From IMG/VR virus record IMGVR_UViG_3300009103_000004, positions 1 through 64,000 of that record: 64,000 nt of DNA; one strand, written 5' to 3'. Below the pieces are notes generated by a model that worked only from the letters and a program-made list of their open reading frames with translations, was not told where the DNA came from and did not search any database. This stretch comes from a virus. Both the position numbers and the translations under genes were made by a program. Positions 1 through 10,037 of this stretch are shown one piece after another (position 1 is the stretch's first letter; each line of letters opens with the position of its first letter).

Positions 1-308
1 TTCGTTCCATAGTAGAACTCGGTGTCGGCTGAATCACCAAACGGAATGCTCTTGGCACCCTTTGAATCGGGCTCCATGTCTTCGATCATAACCGGGCGGT
101 CATGTTCTGGAACACGGTCAAGCATGTCATTTGTGACAGTCTTCGGCGCTATAATGTTTCTGGCGAAGCCATCTTCCCGGATTCTACGGCGGATCATGTT
201 TGAACCGGCAGTAGAGGCGGACTTGATGTTACCTTCGTCAGCATCGCTAATTGCATCGATGATTTCCTTATTCAGGACATCGATATTTACTTCTTGAGAA
301 TCACTCAT
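1..308 (-). CDS. Major capsid protein, N-terminal part (runs off window; not in ORF track)
   Basis: Manual translation from ATG at 308: MSDSQEVNIDVLNKEIIDAISDADEGNIKSASTAGSNMIRRRIREDGFARNIIAPKTV...EDMEPDSKGAKSIPFG. Open to the window edge; lies downstream of protease, scaffold and decoration genes. Confidence 0.7.
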   Translation of the reverse strand, partial: MSDSQEVNIDVLNKEIIDAISDADEGNIKSASTAGSNMIRRRIREDGFARNIIAPKTVTNDMLDRVPEHDRPVMIEDMEPDSKGAKSIPFGDSADTEFYYGT

Positions 309-335
309 CTTATTTGTTTTCCTGGTTTTTAATTG

Positions 336-968
336 TTACGCAATACTAGTTACGAATTGTACTACCCAGTTGGCGGTGGCTTGACCACTAGCATAATTAT
401 TAGCAGTTGAGTCTTCAGGAATAGTCCCTTGTACTCCACCACGTTGTATGCCTGAACCTGAAAGGTCAGTGTGTCCACCGACACCAAGGTCACGAATACC
501 AGTGCAGTAACCAACAACCGGTCCAGAACCGCTGGCCCCGGTTGAGACGATCCGCAACTTGCCGGAGTCGTTAATGCCCAATGCATCACCTACGGAAATA
601 GCATTGGTGTCATCAAACCATGGCGTTTCCAACTCGAACTTACCTAATACGGAGAAGCCCAAGAGCTTACCACAGGAAGTTACGTCCGTGTCGGTTGAGT
701 CATGATATGCAAAGAATATATCTTGCACATTCTTTGCGTCCGCTCCTTGTGTGTCTCCCCATCCGGTTCCAAGTAGATTGGTGAAATTGCCAGCGGCATT
801 TCTCCAAATCGGTTGTCCAGAAAAGATGGTTTTGGCAGCACTTGTGTGATCAACGGTTGCATCTACTGGTAGTGATGCGGTTATACTGGTTGGTTCATTG
901 CCTGGGTAACCTCTAAGGACATTTATCCTTGGACGATCTCTAAGCACTCCTTTTTCATAAGTAGCCAT
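336..968 (-). CDS. Putative head decoration/cement protein (paralog 1)
   Basis: Immediately upstream of the capsid gene; AGGAG RBS; Gly/Thr/beta-rich; paralogous to 1061..1954. Confidence 0.55.
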   Translation of the reverse strand: MATYEKGVLRDRPRINVLRGYPGNEPTSITASLPVDATVDHTSAAKTIFSGQPIWRNAAGNFTNLLGTGWGDTQGADAKNVQDIFFAYHDSTDTDVTSCGKLLGFSVLGKFELETPWFDDTNAISVGDALGINDSGKLRIVSTGASGSGPVVGYCTGIRDLGVGGHTDLSGSGIQRGGVQGTIPEDSTANNYASGQATANWVVQFVTSIA

Positions 969-1060
969 AATTTATAATCTCCTTGAATTAATTTTGTATG
1001 AGAGGTTATTTGGTAATGAACCTAGTACGACGATTCTCGATTTAGCGATTGAAAGTTATA

Positions 1061-1954
1061 TTATGCTCCTGAAGTTACGAACTTCACGACATAGAAAGCA
1101 GGGCCTCTGGTAAAGGCCTCGGCGTTAGCTGGCTGGTCAACGTTTGTTATAGTTCCGTTACTTCCAGTAGAAATCCCTGCTGCACCTGGTACGGTCTGCC
1201 AGACATCAACTACAGAGCCAGTTGCTACAGCTGAAAATGCATGAGCTGTAGCATTAATAGATTTGGCAATTTGAGCAGCAATATCGTCTGTAGCTGTCAG
1301 ATTCTGAATGCCAATGACGCCGCCGGCGGTGCTGGTGGAGCCATTATTAATAGTCCAAGTACGGGCGGTGGCGGTGTAGTCCACTAGTTTAAGTGTCCCG
1401 CTATTATTTGGTGTACCAGTGACAGTAAGCTGAGCACCATATGCACCATTTGCCGTGGAGTCTTCAGGAATAGTCCCTATAACACCACCACGTGGGTTAT
1501 TGGAGTCATGTCCACGAACACCAAGGTCTCTAATCTCACTAACATACCCTACTGGTACCGAGCCGGCAGCTCCGCCGCTGGTATTGCCTGCTGCGCAAAG
1601 ATCATTGTTGGCGTTTACAACAAGCTTAGTTCCAACTGAAATTCCCTTAGTATTAACCCAAGGAGTTTCAATCTCGAACTCGCCAAGAACGGAGAAGCCA
1701 AGAAGCTTACCACAAGATACAACATCAGTGTCATCCGAATCATGGTATGCAATGTAAATCTGACTCAGAGTATGACTGTTGGTAGCTTGCACCCACTCAT
1801 TACTAACTAGCGCAATAGCCTGTCCCGATTTAATAGTAGCACTACTGTTAACCGGCGCTGACTTCGTTATTGATTGAGGTTCGTTCCCTGCGTATCCGCG
1901 TGGTACGTTAACTCGTGGAAAGTCCCTAAGTACTCCTTTAGTGTAAGTTGCCAT
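1061..1954 (-). CDS. Putative head decoration/cement protein (paralog 2, with ~100 aa insertion)
   Basis: Shares MATYxKGVLRD, AYHDSxDTDVxSCGKLLGFSVLG and GTIPEDSTAN with 336..968. Confidence 0.55.
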   Translation of the reverse strand: MATYTKGVLRDFPRVNVPRGYAGNEPQSITKSAPVNSSATIKSGQAIALVSNEWVQATNSHTLSQIYIAYHDSDDTDVVSCGKLLGFSVLGEFEIETPWVNTKGISVGTKLVVNANNDLCAAGNTSGGAAGSVPVGYVSEIRDLGVRGHDSNNPRGGVIGTIPEDSTANGAYGAQLTVTGTPNNSGTLKLVDYTATARTWTINNGSTSTAGGVIGIQNLTATDDIAAQIAKSINATAHAFSAVATGSVVDVWQTVPGAAGISTGSNGTITNVDQPANAEAFTRGPAFYVVKFVTSGA

Positions 1955-1985
1955 AATGTTTTACTCCAATTGTTTTGATCTTAAA

Positions 1986-2381
1986 TTAGTAACGATTTTC
2001 TCTACGCAAAAGTCCCCAGCCATCCTCATCTTCGGAAGAATCACGTTCTTCTTTCTCTATAGATATGCCTGACTTATACGAAACACTTGCAAGTTTAGTT
2101 ATAAGATCCAAAATCTTTTCCGGATCTTCTTCTATCATACTTGCAACTTTTTCTGTGTAGTCAGGATCGACTAGATTCTGCGTAGCCAATAGCCCGATAG
2201 TCTTATCTAGTTTTTCCTTACTGAAAGTAGGAGTAGAAGCAACCTTTTCCAAAATTACCTTCTCTTCCTTTAATTCAGCGAGTTTTGTTTGCAACTCATC
2301 TCGTTGATCTTCCAAAGTCTTCAGGGCTTTGGAAGAACTTTCGATGTAGTCCAAATATTCTAGATCAGATTCAGAGCTCAT
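1986..2381 (-). CDS. Hypothetical head protein (coiled-coil)
   Basis: Acidic coiled-coil with three K-x-A-S motifs, in the head operon. Confidence 0.5.
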   Translation of the reverse strand: MSSESDLEYLDYIESSSKALKTLEDQRDELQTKLAELKEEKVILEKVASTPTFSKEKLDKTIGLLATQNLVDPDYTEKVASMIEEDPEKILDLITKLASVSYKSGISIEKEERDSSEDEDGWGLLRRENRY

Positions 2382-2385
2382 GTCA

Positions 2386-2562
2386 TCAAGAGGGTCTTGC
2401 TATTGACGGGTATCCCGAATATCCGGCTGGTTTATGGGCAGGACTGGCTTCCCTGTTGGGGCTGGTCTTTACAGCCGCTTCCTTGGTAGCTTTTTCAGCA
2501 GCTTCCTTGGCAGCAGCTTCCTCAGCAGCCTTTTTCTTAAGTGCTTGTCCTTTCTTACCCAT
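2386..2562 (-). CDS. Small Lys/Ala-rich protein
   Basis: Likely start MGKKGQALKKKAAEEAAAKEAAEK at 2562, overlapping the scaffold stop; fills the gap in the operon. Confidence 0.45.
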   Translation of the reverse strand: MGKKGQALKKKAAEEAAAKEAAEKATKEAAVKTSPNREASPAHKPAGYSGYPSIARPS

Positions 2563-3766
2563 TCTGTTGTTCCCCAGTTTGAGTTTCACCATAAAGACGA
2601 GGATCATCAAGCCAGCTAGCAGCCTTTTCGATTTCAGCTGATGCCATCTTCATTTCTTCAGCAAGCTCGGGAGGAACTTCTCCGCCGCCCATCATAGCTT
2701 CTGGTGGCATTCCACCTTCTGCACCTGGGGGCATTCCGCCTTCCATTCCGCCACCGGCACCAGCCAGCTCAGCAAGAATAGCTTCAGCAAGTTGTGGATC
2801 AAGCTCACCTGACTCAACCATGGCCATCACGATCTCAGCAATTTCTTCAATGCTAATATCTTCGCCATCGTTGCCTGGGATCATCCCGTCACCTTCGTCA
2901 GCAGCTGCAGCAGCGGCTTCAGCTCCTGCGTCGTAAGCTTGTTTTTCGAAGTCGTACTCAAAGCTGTTAATAGCTTTAGTGTGAACAGCAGCCATCTTTT
3001 CCATGCTGTTAACGTCTGCTTGTGTAGCAGTAGAAGCAATCTTTTGAACGTACTCACTCATTTCAGCTTGTTGTTGAGCTACTTGAGCTTCATGCGCACC
3101 AAGTTCTTCAGCCTCACTAATTAATTGCTCTGCAGCTTGTTTTCCAAGCTCCTTATCAGCTAGCGCGTCCAACATCTCACGACCTTCTTGATAACCTAAT
3201 ACCAAATGCGCTATCTTTCTATAAGCGTCAGGCTCAAGGTCAAAATCAGAAGCAACCTGCTCCGCAGACTTTTGCTGTTGTTGCGGAACATCAACTTCTG
3301 TGCCATGTTGCTCTACAGCATCACTTTCACTTTGTCCTACAGTTGCATCTGTAGCTTGCTTGCCCATCAAACGTGCTTTGATACGCTCTGCAAGTGAGAG
3401 ACCTTGTTGTGCAACCTTTGCAGTAACAGGATCATCAACAGATTCATCTTTCTTTTGTTGTGTCTTGTCTGCAGTCACATCAGTGGTTTCACTTTTGCCG
3501 GGAGCTTTCCCGGAAGCTTCTCCTTTATTTCCGTCGTTCTTCCCTTGTCCGGGAATATTGTTTTCGGCGGAACCGTCTGTGTTAGTAGCAGAAACTGCTT
3601 CTGGCGGGACTACCATCTTAGAAGCGTCATCCCCATCATCCTTAACAAAATCGGGTGGCGTTGTTTCCTGCGGATCTTGCTCTGATGGCATGTCCGATGC
3701 TTTCTTCTCCGTGTAGTACGAAGAGATACGAGTTTTTAGTTCATCCAAACTTAGTATGTTATCCAT
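2555..3766 (-). CDS. Putative capsid scaffolding protein
   Basis: Acidic, low-complexity and helical; between protease and capsid genes; about 10 K-x-A motifs. Confidence 0.6.
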   Translation of the reverse strand: MDNILSLDELKTRISSYYTEKKASDMPSEQDPQETTPPDFVKDDGDDASKMVVPPEAVSATNTDGSAENNIPGQGKNDGNKGEASGKAPGKSETTDVTADKTQQKKDESVDDPVTAKVAQQGLSLAERIKARLMGKQATDATVGQSESDAVEQHGTEVDVPQQQQKSAEQVASDFDLEPDAYRKIAHLVLGYQEGREMLDALADKELGKQAAEQLISEAEELGAHEAQVAQQQAEMSEYVQKIASTATQADVNSMEKMAAVHTKAINSFEYDFEKQAYDAGAEAAAAAADEGDGMIPGNDGEDISIEEIAEIVMAMVESGELDPQLAEAILAELAGAGGGMEGGMPPGAEGGMPPEAMMGGGEVPPELAEEMKMASAEIEKAASWLDDPRLYGETQTGEQQNG

Positions 3767-3804
3767 GATAAGGTTCGTGTTCGAGATTAGCGCTAATCAA
3801 AATT

Positions 3805-5280
3805 TCAAAATTTACGATTGTGACAAGTTAAAATTAATTTATCTTTTTCGTCAATATTAAAATTCCCTCGTTCTTCGCATAGGTGATTTAAGTAAGAAAC
3901 TTTATATAGCCCATACGAATCGACAAGGGTTTGTGCATAAGTTTTTTCATCATCAGATAAGTCTGCATCTGATGCAGACTTAACCCTAGGTTTAGCAGTT
4001 ATTGTTATTTTAATTATTTTAGTTAATCCTGGATTTCCTGACGGCTGTTGAAATTTTTCAGTAGCCTTGTTCATTAATTGTTCAATATCGTCATTAGCAG
4101 ATAGGTCGGAGTTAGACATAAATCTACTGGAAGGGTCAAACATTTTCGATATATCATCAGGTATAGCAGACCCTAGTAAGTTCTGAAACATATTTCCCAT
4201 ACACCCACAAGCATACTTAACCATTGGGCTGGACTCAACTTCGTCAACACTCTTGCCCGTGACATATGATACAAATGCTTTGAATGGCATAACTGATTTT
4301 TTAGAAGCAAGCTTCCTAAATAAAGTGCCGGGTTCGACGGATCGCATTGCTTCCATCTCCTCGTCCGTTACGTCTTCGTTATTAAAAATACTCTCCGATG
4401 CGTATTTAACAAAATTATATTTTTCATCTCTAGCTACATCGCTTCCACCAAAGACATCGTTTATATACTGCTCCTCGTTTGCCAGCTTTTCTAAAATTTG
4501 TTGGCGTCGAGGATTTGAAAACCCGAGAGCATTGGGTATACATACACCTTCGGCCCTAGCAAGTTCATCACTATATATAATACTAGGAGCTGAAGCAGCT
4601 TTCTTTAGATCGTCTGAAAATCCGTAGTCTAGGTAGTGCGCTATGCGGTCAGCGGGATTAGCTACTCGGGATATGTCAAAAAACGTGGGTTTGTCGTTAA
4701 TAGCATACGCGAACTTTTGAAACTCAGGTACGAACTGATTCATTCTGTTCTTGAGATGCTCGCAATAATTAGCGGACTTGGTTGCCTTGTTGTCGCAAAC
4801 GTTGCAGATATCGTATGGAACTCTTGCAGACATGCTGAAGCTTAATGCTTTACCTTCCTTAGCAAGACCATACTCCTCTTCAGCTTTTTCCTTATCCCCA
4901 TGTATTACTAACTCTATTCGTTTCATCTCCGGGTTGTAAGCCGAAGCCTTTACTATACCTAGAGCTTTTTTGGGGTCTCTGTTATTATGCTCTCTGAAGA
5001 AGTGTCCATGAGAAACAAAAGTGTTGTGGTATTTTTGATTTGCTTCCTTAGGCCAGAAGTCCCCATTTCTGTTTTGCCCATAAGTCTCGCCGTCACCCAT
5101 GGCAATCAAGTGCACCATGAAGTTCTTATCGTCAGGCATATTGTCACGAAGTAAATTTTCAGTTACACAAGAGGAAGAGGCTTCTTTGATATGAGACTCA
5201 CCCTCTACCAACGTTACTATTCTACCTGCAGCTTTTAGCAGTTCTTCTTGATCTATTTCAGGATGGTGTACTTTAATCAT
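3805..5280 (-). CDS. Prohead maturation protease (HK97/assemblin-like fold) with CxxC...CxH insert
   Basis: NRNGDFW, FREH, SFSMSARV (candidate catalytic Ser), CNVC..YCEH, FFDISRVANPAD; upstream of scaffold and capsid genes. Confidence 0.75.
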   Translation of the reverse strand: MIKVHHPEIDQEELLKAAGRIVTLVEGESHIKEASSSCVTENLLRDNMPDDKNFMVHLIAMGDGETYGQNRNGDFWPKEANQKYHNTFVSHGHFFREHNNRDPKKALGIVKASAYNPEMKRIELVIHGDKEKAEEEYGLAKEGKALSFSMSARVPYDICNVCDNKATKSANYCEHLKNRMNQFVPEFQKFAYAINDKPTFFDISRVANPADRIAHYLDYGFSDDLKKAASAPSIIYSDELARAEGVCIPNALGFSNPRRQQILEKLANEEQYINDVFGGSDVARDEKYNFVKYASESIFNNEDVTDEEMEAMRSVEPGTLFRKLASKKSVMPFKAFVSYVTGKSVDEVESSPMVKYACGCMGNMFQNLLGSAIPDDISKMFDPSSRFMSNSDLSANDDIEQLMNKATEKFQQPSGNPGLTKIIKITITAKPRVKSASDADLSDDEKTYAQTLVDSYGLYKVSYLNHLCEERGNFNIDEKDKLILTCHNRKF

Positions 5281-6788
5281 TATTTATACCCTCTTATACT
5301 CCCCTTAACTCTATTTACTATGGAGTCATCTATAACTCCTTCGTCACGAAGCGCTATAGAGGATTTCATTTCAGCTTCGCTAACACCTGTAATTTGAGCT
5401 ATATCTTCCCATGTCGGGTTGGTTTTATATCTGCTCTTCCAAGCTTCTACAGCAGCATCGTAGTTTGCCAAATTATATATGTGCATGCCACGCTTGTTAC
5501 CTGCTGTCTCTTCATAAAGATGACCAAGACCTTGTATACCAGTCATTGTTGCTACAGGTGCAATTCCTTTTCTGAGTGCTAGAAGCTTTCTCAAATTTCC
5601 AACACCGCCCAAAGCATCTCCACGATAGCCCAAGAAGTTTCGCAACCGAGCTCCGGTTGTGCTAAGTCTACCGTGACCAGCCTCGCCCATCAACCTTGCA
5701 ACATCACCATGGCTAAGTTTATTAGATCGAAGTAAACTGTACGCAGCCTGGGTGTTATTATTTAGGAGAGCGCTCGTACCAACATTATTTCTCCACCCCG
5801 TGCCAGGGATAAAGGATTCTCCTCTTTGCCCTGCTATGTTTTGCGCTAAGTGACTAAAAAATGGAAGTGGTTTAGAGATCCCGGGAAAGCCTGCTGATCT
5901 GCGTTCTAAAGGACCCATTTTACTCATAACCTTATCAAACAAAGCTGATTGTTTCCTATACCTATCAACAACATCGTTTATAGCCGCTCGTGGATCATCT
6001 CTAAAACTAGTCAAGAATTTACTCTCATTGAAGCCCATGCCCTTGGGCATAAATTTGAACTTTCCAGAAGTGGGGTCGAAACCCTGTGACTGCATCAATG
6101 CACTTGTAACCCCTCCGTGAGAACCTGCAGCATAACTATTATTAAACAACTTAGGCATATTACTTTTAGCCATATCGCCAAACCGCTCAAGCTGAGCCTT
6201 CCTCCAAGCATCACTTATGCCTGTATTCTTAAGCAGCATCAACCCCGGTATTCCAAGTGATGCAGCGTTAAACACTGGATTTAAAGCGTTACCTTGAAGC
6301 CACCGACCCTCGCCAAAAGGATTGATGTTCATATCCGTAAATTCAGCTACGGGGTTCTGGTACATGTTAACAGCGTTCCCGACACCCCCAAGTGGATCCG
6401 CTCTGTTATACTCTTTAGCGTATCCGCTTGGTCCTGACTGCAAACCTTTAATGAGTTTTGCAATACTGTCAGGCAGCCTATCATCTTTTGCCTTCCCGAG
6501 CCCCATCAAGTACTGACCTGCAGCTGGTAACGATCCGACTGCAGCACCCATGCCAGAACCTAAAAGCCCTTGCCTCAGTATCCTACTCCTACGGTCTTCT
6601 TCTGACTCCCCTTCGACATCTTTCCTGGAAGCCATATATGAGCTCAAGCCACCGCCAACTGCACCAACTCCCAACGCACCTGTAAGCCAAGTACGCAATG
6701 GATCTTGAAACCAACCGTCCTCAGCCGCTAAGGCCGAAGCTATGTCCTTGGCACCTCCTGTGGGGCCATCTTCAGCTTGCTTTTTCAT
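5280..6788 (-). CDS. Gly-rich putative virion (ejected/membrane) protein
   Basis: N-terminal MKKQA; glycine-zipper hydrophobic segments (GALGVGAVGGG, GLLGSGMGAAVG). Confidence 0.45.
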   Translation of the reverse strand: MKKQAEDGPTGGAKDIASALAAEDGWFQDPLRTWLTGALGVGAVGGGLSSYMASRKDVEGESEEDRRSRILRQGLLGSGMGAAVGSLPAAGQYLMGLGKAKDDRLPDSIAKLIKGLQSGPSGYAKEYNRADPLGGVGNAVNMYQNPVAEFTDMNINPFGEGRWLQGNALNPVFNAASLGIPGLMLLKNTGISDAWRKAQLERFGDMAKSNMPKLFNNSYAAGSHGGVTSALMQSQGFDPTSGKFKFMPKGMGFNESKFLTSFRDDPRAAINDVVDRYRKQSALFDKVMSKMGPLERRSAGFPGISKPLPFFSHLAQNIAGQRGESFIPGTGWRNNVGTSALLNNNTQAAYSLLRSNKLSHGDVARLMGEAGHGRLSTTGARLRNFLGYRGDALGGVGNLRKLLALRKGIAPVATMTGIQGLGHLYEETAGNKRGMHIYNLANYDAAVEAWKSRYKTNPTWEDIAQITGVSEAEMKSSIALRDEGVIDDSIVNRVKGSIRGYK

Positions 6789-8287
6789 TACGGAGCTATA
6801 CGCATCCCGTCAGGTCCTTTGGATCCTTCGTAGGATCTTTCTTGAACAGCCTGCGTATTCCATTTCGATTTTTGTAATGTTTTCTCGGCCTCCACAAGTT
6901 GCGCCAAGTCCGGCGCTGCAATACCGTCATATTGTACCGCACTTCTTAAAACGACACGCATAACATTTTTATCTTTTGCTAACTCGGGAGCAACTTCCTT
7001 TACTGTGTTGTAAAGATCGACTACCTTGTCTTCATCCTCTTCAGATAGTATAGGGTCTGTTATCAAAAGATCTTGTATCAAAGTTACATACTTAGCTTCG
7101 TCCAGCTCTCTGTCTATAAGCTCTTGTTCGGTGTTTCGCTTTGGTGCTATAAGGCTTAAAAAATCCTTGCCCTTTGCATGCATCTTTTCCAAAGCTTGCG
7201 GGAAACTTCCACCAGCGCCAAGACCTCTCCTGACTCCATGTAGCGCACTAGGTATTGTGTTCAGTAAGTTCCTGCCATCTTCTTTTAGTGCCCCCTCCAT
7301 TCTCTCTAAACCTATTTCTTCTCTTATCCCCGGGAGTTCGGCATCTGGGTAGGACGCATCCCATTGAGCATCCGCTATCTCACTTGCATCCAAGTCAAAC
7401 TCGCTTACTCTTTTATCTACTGGGTCCCCAGACTTTTTCTTGGGCTTCTTTTTCTTTTTTTTTTCGCTTACAGGCCTGCCAAGGTGGTCAAGTACAATAG
7501 CCTGCTTCTTCAGGTAATCTTCCTTGAAGTCCTCAGCCATGTGCTTTCCATTCAAGTTGTCTTGTATAGAAGCAAGCTTGGTAAGCAAGCTAGTGTCATC
7601 GAGTAACCTACGAGGACCTTTATCTTCAGCGCGGGACACAGGGTAACCGATGCCAGTCATGTATCCTGCTAAATAATCACAAGCTTCTTTAACGCAGTCA
7701 CCGAAATAGTATTTGGCGTCTTGCTCTAAATTCGTGTAATTAGTTTCGTTGTACGAGTCTCTGATATGATCGGAAATTTCTGAAGCTAACTTCCTATTAT
7801 CCTCGACCATGTCGAAGATAAGCTGGTCTGCCTGTTGTTCGTTTGCAAGGGCTACAGATGCTTTTTTCCAAGACTGCCGCCTATCACTTGCCATTTTAAT
7901 CTCCTGGTAGTCATCTATGGACTCGAGAGAATTAAAATCATTAAGGTCTATCTCTTTTTCAAACAAGTCTGAAAACCTTCCAGAAGATAGGCTTGAGTAA
8001 TCATTGTTTTCGTATTCGTGATCTCCCGCTTTCTTCTCTGTATAAACCTCTACCATCTTGGGTACATCCAAAACATCAAATGTTTCTCCACGCCCCTTTT
8101 CTTCAGAAGCGCACTTGTCTAGGTACGTCACTGTCTTGGCTGTGTTATAAACGTGCCCCAGCTTCTCTAGAAGCGCAGGTGCCAAGTTTTTCTTGTTGGC
8201 AAACTTAAGCATCGTATCTTTCACATTTCCAGATTTTTTAATCTCTGGCAAAAGTTCTTCAAACCAACTTACTAACTTTTCATTCAT
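6788..8287 (-). CDS. Hypothetical head-associated protein
   Basis: 499 aa helical ORF with many K-x-A motifs, in the head operon. Confidence 0.5.
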   Translation of the reverse strand: MNEKLVSWFEELLPEIKKSGNVKDTMLKFANKKNLAPALLEKLGHVYNTAKTVTYLDKCASEEKGRGETFDVLDVPKMVEVYTEKKAGDHEYENNDYSSLSSGRFSDLFEKEIDLNDFNSLESIDDYQEIKMASDRRQSWKKASVALANEQQADQLIFDMVEDNRKLASEISDHIRDSYNETNYTNLEQDAKYYFGDCVKEACDYLAGYMTGIGYPVSRAEDKGPRRLLDDTSLLTKLASIQDNLNGKHMAEDFKEDYLKKQAIVLDHLGRPVSEKKKKKKPKKKSGDPVDKRVSEFDLDASEIADAQWDASYPDAELPGIREEIGLERMEGALKEDGRNLLNTIPSALHGVRRGLGAGGSFPQALEKMHAKGKDFLSLIAPKRNTEQELIDRELDEAKYVTLIQDLLITDPILSEEDEDKVVDLYNTVKEVAPELAKDKNVMRVVLRSAVQYDGIAAPDLAQLVEAEKTLQKSKWNTQAVQERSYEGSKGPDGMRIAP

Positions 8288-8333
8288 AACGTTATAATTA
8301 TTAAGTCTTACACAATTTTAGCAAGCCAAAACA

Positions 8334-9269
8334 CTAATCCTTAACTTCTAAAATTTTTGCTTCTTCTATTTTAATGTTCAAGGCTCTCCTCCGACCTACA
8401 TCTTCAAAGTTTATAGCAGATATCTCTTCTGACATTACTTCTGCTATACCGCCCACACCCAACAAGTCACTGTTGGTCATATCAGTGTCACCACCATGCT
8501 TGGCAGCAGCAAGCAAGTTTTTAGCATTAGAGATACCAACTTGGTTTCTAGTATTCAGCATTCCTATGTTGGATAAGAATACTGCGTTAGCCATAAGTTT
8601 GTTCTCAAACTCTGCAACTAAAGCCTGCGTCGAACCCGTCATAGTGTACCCACGTAACCCAGCTAAACTTAAAACATCGTTAATACCATTCCTATACCCG
8701 GCACGTTTTAAAAGATCTATATAACTTGCTCGCAGTGCATAGTTAGGATCTAGTTCATTAGCTATACCCTCTGGCGTTACAAGAGATGCTATATACAATT
8801 GATCTTCCAGCCTGTCCCAAACATTAAAAAATAATTTCTCGTAAATTTTTATAACATTCTCTGGTATTCCCGTCTTTGCAGAGATTTCATCTGCCAAAAT
8901 GTCCTCTACCAGTAAACAGCTTTTGAGAACATTCTTAAAATAAGGACTCATAGATCTGTCTATCGATACAGCGTATATCAAGTCATCGCACCCTTTGCCA
9001 TCACGTTGGAACCAGTAAGCTTCTCTTAGTACGTCATACTCCGGAAGATCTAATAACGCCAAAGACTTGTCTATAGGAAACGGCTCTCCCGAGTCGGCGT
9101 ATAGCTTTATGATGTGCCAGCCAAATGCTGGGTTGCTGTAACACCTTGCAAACTTTTCTGTCTCAAATGATACGTCGTCTTCTGCTAGTATCTGAAACGG
9201 AGATCCTGAAAAAAAGCCAGTGTCCCTGGGGATTAACTGGGACAACGTGTATATGTCGTCCCTAGTCAT
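8334..9269 (-). CDS. Hypothetical protein
   Basis: 311 aa ORF, abutting the upstream gene. Confidence 0.55.
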   Translation of the reverse strand: MTRDDIYTLSQLIPRDTGFFSGSPFQILAEDDVSFETEKFARCYSNPAFGWHIIKLYADSGEPFPIDKSLALLDLPEYDVLREAYWFQRDGKGCDDLIYAVSIDRSMSPYFKNVLKSCLLVEDILADEISAKTGIPENVIKIYEKLFFNVWDRLEDQLYIASLVTPEGIANELDPNYALRASYIDLLKRAGYRNGINDVLSLAGLRGYTMTGSTQALVAEFENKLMANAVFLSNIGMLNTRNQVGISNAKNLLAAAKHGGDTDMTNSDLLGVGGIAEVMSEEISAINFEDVGRRRALNIKIEEAKILEVKD

Positions 9270-10037
9270 TTACAAATTATGAGTTCTCTTAAACGTGTTC
9301 AGGCTTTGGTTAGCCTGCTGTTGGCTCTGCTGTTGTCTTAGTTGCTGGCCCTGTTGTTGGTGCTCCCTCTCGCCTTGTATTTTTCTATTCCTGAAATCTT
9401 GCTCAGCCCTAGTCCTATTAGCAGCATCAGCATCAGCTTGTGCTTTTGTCTTACCATGCACAGCTAAATGCCGCTGGTTCCTTTGCTTGTTGAAGTTATC
9501 AGTAGATAATCTTTTTGCTTTTTGACGCGCCTGTTCAAACGGGGAAAGCGGAGCGCTTGGAGCACTACCACTACCCGACGCTTCTTTATACTTTAGAGGC
9601 ACCCAATTTTTTTTCTGTTCCTGGAGCCAATTGTTTCCTTTTCCCCAGCCCGTTGGTGAAGGTCGGGCCTTGCCTCCTCCACCTGGAGAATAGTGTTTAG
9701 GAATAGGATACTCCTCTGGTGGAGATGGAGATTTAGGAGGAAGGCCTTTAGGAATTCCTTTAGAGTATCCAGGAGCATCGCCTACAGGAGGACTTGTCTT
9801 TCCATTACCCAGGTTAAATTCTCCAGGTAGAGGATTTAACTTTTTAAATTCGTGCTTAGGGGCAGCTTCCGGAGGTTTAGGACTAAGTCCGCCATTCTTG
9901 CCAGGCGGTATAAGTTTACCGGTTTTTTTGTCCCAGTGACCCTTGTCGTCCACTATACGATCTCCCAAATCCCAGTTGTTAGGATCATTTGGGTTGAATG
10001 CTAGTTTAACCAAGTAATACTTCTCTTTGTTATTCAC
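9270..10037 (-). CDS. Pro/Gln-rich hypothetical virion protein
   Basis: N-terminal LVKLA motif, Pro-rich middle, Gln-rich tail. Confidence 0.5.
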   Translation of the reverse strand: MNNKEKYYLVKLAFNPNDPNNWDLGDRIVDDKGHWDKKTGKLIPPGKNGGLSPKPPEAAPKHEFKKLNPLPGEFNLGNGKTSPPVGDAPGYSKGIPKGLPPKSPSPPEEYPIPKHYSPGGGGKARPSPTGWGKGNNWLQEQKKNWVPLKYKEASGSGSAPSAPLSPFEQARQKAKRLSTDNFNKQRNQRHLAVHGKTKAQADADAANRTRAEQDFRNRKIQGEREHQQQGQQLRQQQSQQQANQSLNTFKRTHNL

